A DNA stretch of 64,000 bases from a virus. Position 1 is the stretch's first letter. Each line of letters opens with the position of its first letter. The notes under the pieces were generated by a model, which ran no database searches, was not told the origin of the DNA, and worked only from the letters and a program-made list of their open reading frames with translations. Location: IMG/VR virus record IMGVR_UViG_3300046557_000516, positions 2,332 to 66,331 of that record. One strand, written 5' to 3'. This document shows, piece after piece, positions 61,794-64,000 of this stretch. A program made the translations under genes and the position numbers.

Positions 61794-64000
61794 ATGACAT
61801 ACACGTTCACCAACACTGAGGCATCGGCCTACGTTGCCCGGATGACGGTGACGCCTTCGGACCCGAGATGCGCCCTCATAGACAACTATGTGGGCGCTCT
61901 CAAAACGGCGGGCATCTGGACCAAGCTCGACGCGCTTTACATCCATGCGGCGGCCGACCAACAGTCAGCTCTCCTCAACGCGGTCCAGAACGCGTACAAC
62001 GAGACCATTGTTGGCACGGTCACGTTCACCACGGATCGCGGCCTCAAATCCTCGCTTCAGACCGGCGCCAACTATCTCACGACGGGGTTCAACCCCACCT
62101 CCGCATCAAGCCCCAAGTTCACTCAGAACAGCGCCAACAAGTTCGGTTGGGGTCTCGAGACGACTGTTCACCCGGCTCCGACTGTCGGATCCGCGACGAC
62201 GCAGCTAAGCTACATCTTCCCGGCTTGGGGTGACGGCAACGGTTATACGACTCTGAACGGGCCCGAATTCTCCATTGCATCCACCGATGCCTCTGGCCTT
62301 TGGGCGACGTCACGCGTGGCCTCAACCGGACACTCGACCTACAAGAACGGCGCTCTGTTGGGCCTGTTCACCGGCACGTCGACTGGCGTAGACAATTCGA
62401 TCTTCCAAGGGTTGCGTGATGCCAATACCACCAACACCTTAACCAACAACCTCGCGATATGGGGATTTGGTTCCGGCCTGACTGGTACCGAAGAGACGGC
62501 GCTATACAATGCGACGTTGACCTATCTCCAAGGCGTCGGAGCGGTCGCCGGCGGCGCGACAACGACACCAAAGACGGTCTCCCCTACGCCGACCGGAACC
62601 GTCACCATTACTCGATCGGTCACCAAGAAGTTGGCGCCGACATCCACCTCGACCGTGGCGTTGGCTCGATCGGTCGCCAAGAACGTTGCGGTCACATCTG
62701 CCAGCGCCGTTGCCATCACCAGGCGGGCGGCAAAGGGCATCGCAGCGACATCGACTTCTGTCGTCAGCTCGGTTCGATCGACCATCAAGTCGATACTGGC
62801 AACAAGCACTTCGGCGGTCACAGCGACGGCGTCACGCGCTTATCTGCGGACGGTTACAGTGCTTTCGACAAGCGCCGTTTCCCAGGTCAAGGGATCCGCG
62901 AAGTCTGTCGCCTCGGTTTGTGCGTCCTCGGTCACCTGGACAACGGTGCGGGCTTATCTGAAAGCTATTGCGGCGACATCGTCCAGCGTCGTGACGCAAG
63001 CCAAAGGCGTGAAGAAGTCCATTGCGGCAGCGGCCTCTGGATCCGTCGTAGCCGCTGCCAGCCGCGCTACAATCAAGGTCATATCGATCGTATCGACAAC
63101 AGCGGTATCGTCCACCCGCGCGGCCGGCAAGATCCTGGCTGCGGCGCTCGCCACAACGTCGACCATCTCACCAAGGCAAGCGCTGTCGCGGTCAATCGTG
63201 GTCCTGTCGACAAGCGCTTCATCTGTGGTCAAAGGCGCCACCAAGAAGATCGCCGTGCTGTCGTCGTCGGTCTCGTTGGCGTCGGGGATCCGTGTCGCCA
63301 TCGTTTTCGTCTCGGCTGCTTGCGCGTCGTCGGTAACGAAAGCTGCCCGGGTATCGAAGAACGTCACGGTGGCCAGCGCCTCGAGCGTCCTGGCGGCGAA
63401 GGCGGTCGCTAAGCGTCTAGCTGTCTCGGTCGCTTCCGCGGCCTCGCTATCGTCGACCAAGGCTTACCTGCGAACCGTGTCGGTAGCCGCTACGTCGACA
63501 GCAACGATGTCCAGGGCAACCGGCAAGGCGATCTCCGCTTCGGTCTCCAGCTTGGCATCGGTGGCGAAGCGTGCCGCCATTGGCGTGTACGTAACCGCGA
63601 CGTCGGTCTCTTCGGCGCTCTCGGATCGCTCCCAAAAGCTCTATGCGGCGACGATCGCTGTTGCAGCTCATGCGTCCGTCGTCTGGAGTTGGGCAATCAT
63701 TCGCTTCGGAACGGTCACGCCGCCGGAGCGGACCGCCCATCTTGCCCGCGAGGATCGCATAGCAACGGTTCCGGCAGAGGTTCGGATCGCCTGGATCGCC
63801 GCCGAAAACAGAACGGCCATAATCACCACAAATCGAGGATCAGATATGACTAGCATTACGACCTGGCCTATCAAAGATCCCGATGAGGTGAAGGACTACG
63901 CCGCGGAATGGTCCGCTCTTCTCGGGCCCGATACCATCGCCACCTCCACCTGGACCCTTTCCTCCGGATCCGGTCTCGCCTTGGGCGCTCAGTCGAACAC
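61794..64000 (+). CDS. Long repeat-rich fibre-like protein fused in frame to a KDPDE..DY adaptor-like domain (partial)
   Basis: Manual translation from ATG 61794; no stop to window end (hence absent from ORF track); 18-20-aa S/T/A/V repeats; in-frame ATG with GAGGA RBS at 63846. Confidence 0.8.
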   Translation, partial: MTYTFTNTEASAYVARMTVTPSDPRCALIDNYVGALKTAGIWTKLDALYIHAAADQQSALLNAVQNAYNETIVGTVTFTTDRGLKSSLQTGANYLTTGFNPTSASSPKFTQNSANKFGWGLETTVHPAPTVGSATTQLSYIFPAWGDGNGYTTLNGPEFSIASTDASGLWATSRVASTGHSTYKNGALLGLFTGTSTGVDNSIFQGLRDANTTNTLTNNLAIWGFGSGLTGTEETALYNATLTYLQGVGAVAGGATTTPKTVSPTPTGTVTITRSVTKKLAPTSTSTVALARSVAKNVAVTSASAVAITRRAAKGIAATSTSVVSSVRSTIKSILATSTSAVTATASRAYLRTVTVLSTSAVSQVKGSAKSVASVCASSVTWTTVRAYLKAIAATSSSVVTQAKGVKKSIAAAASGSVVAAASRATIKVISIVSTTAVSSTRAAGKILAAALATTSTISPRQALSRSIVVLSTSASSVVKGATKKIAVLSSSVSLASGIRVAIVFVSAACASSVTKAARVSKNVTVASASSVLAAKAVAKRLAVSVASAASLSSTKAYLRTVSVAATSTATMSRATGKAISASVSSLASVAKRAAIGVYVTATSVSSALSDRSQKLYAATIAVAAHASVVWSWAIIRFGTVTPPERTAHLAREDRIATVPAEVRIAWIAAENRTAIITTNRGSDMTSITTWPIKDPDEVKDYAAEWSALLGPDTIATSTWTLSSGSGLALGAQSN

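Larger units (their letters stand above)
1..64000. mobile_element. Tailed phage/prophage genome segment (lambda-like head, P2-like contractile tail)
   Basis: Complete terminase-portal-protease-capsid-baseplate-sheath-tube-tape measure-lysis set plus recombination and replication genes; no host housekeeping context; ORFs run off both edges. Confidence 0.95.

Noticed and set aside
1-64000. Integrase, att sites or host junction
   Set aside because: None recognisable; lifestyle cannot be fixed from this window

Overview
The whole window reads as one tailed dsDNA phage (or prophage) with a lambda-like head (Nu1/GpA terminase, lambda-type portal, S49 protease, gpD, gpE) and a P2-like contractile tail. 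An alphaproteobacterial, Rhizobiaceae-like host is inferred from GC-rich codon style and a GapR-like gene. Layout: leftward early/recombination operon (1-10.9 kb: DUF5131, ASCH-like, RecT/RecE, LuxR, ProQ/FinO); divergent control region (10.9-12.2 kb) with cro but no cI ORF; rightward replication operon (MT-A70, RuvC-like, DnaB, HNH); leftward small-gene operon (18.7-28.7 kb: HerA-like, DnaN, DUF932); non-coding probable genome end (28.7-29.8 kb); head, tail, lysis and accessory fibre genes running off the right edge. No integrase, tRNA, rRNA, CRISPR or reverse transcriptase was seen. Best candidates for something new: (1) an RNA-based switch in the position of cI, with a ~75-nt two-hairpin sRNA that has its own promoter, a complementary upstream element, a ~420-nt structured tract and an adjacent ProQ/FinO gene; (2) a cassette-like gene array beside the probable genome end, with bulged hairpins abutting stop codons and no CTCGAG sites although these are abundant elsewhere; (3) a possible ruler-plus-subunit fibre module. 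All family assignments are from motif recognition by eye and all counts are manual; no searches or folding programs were run.
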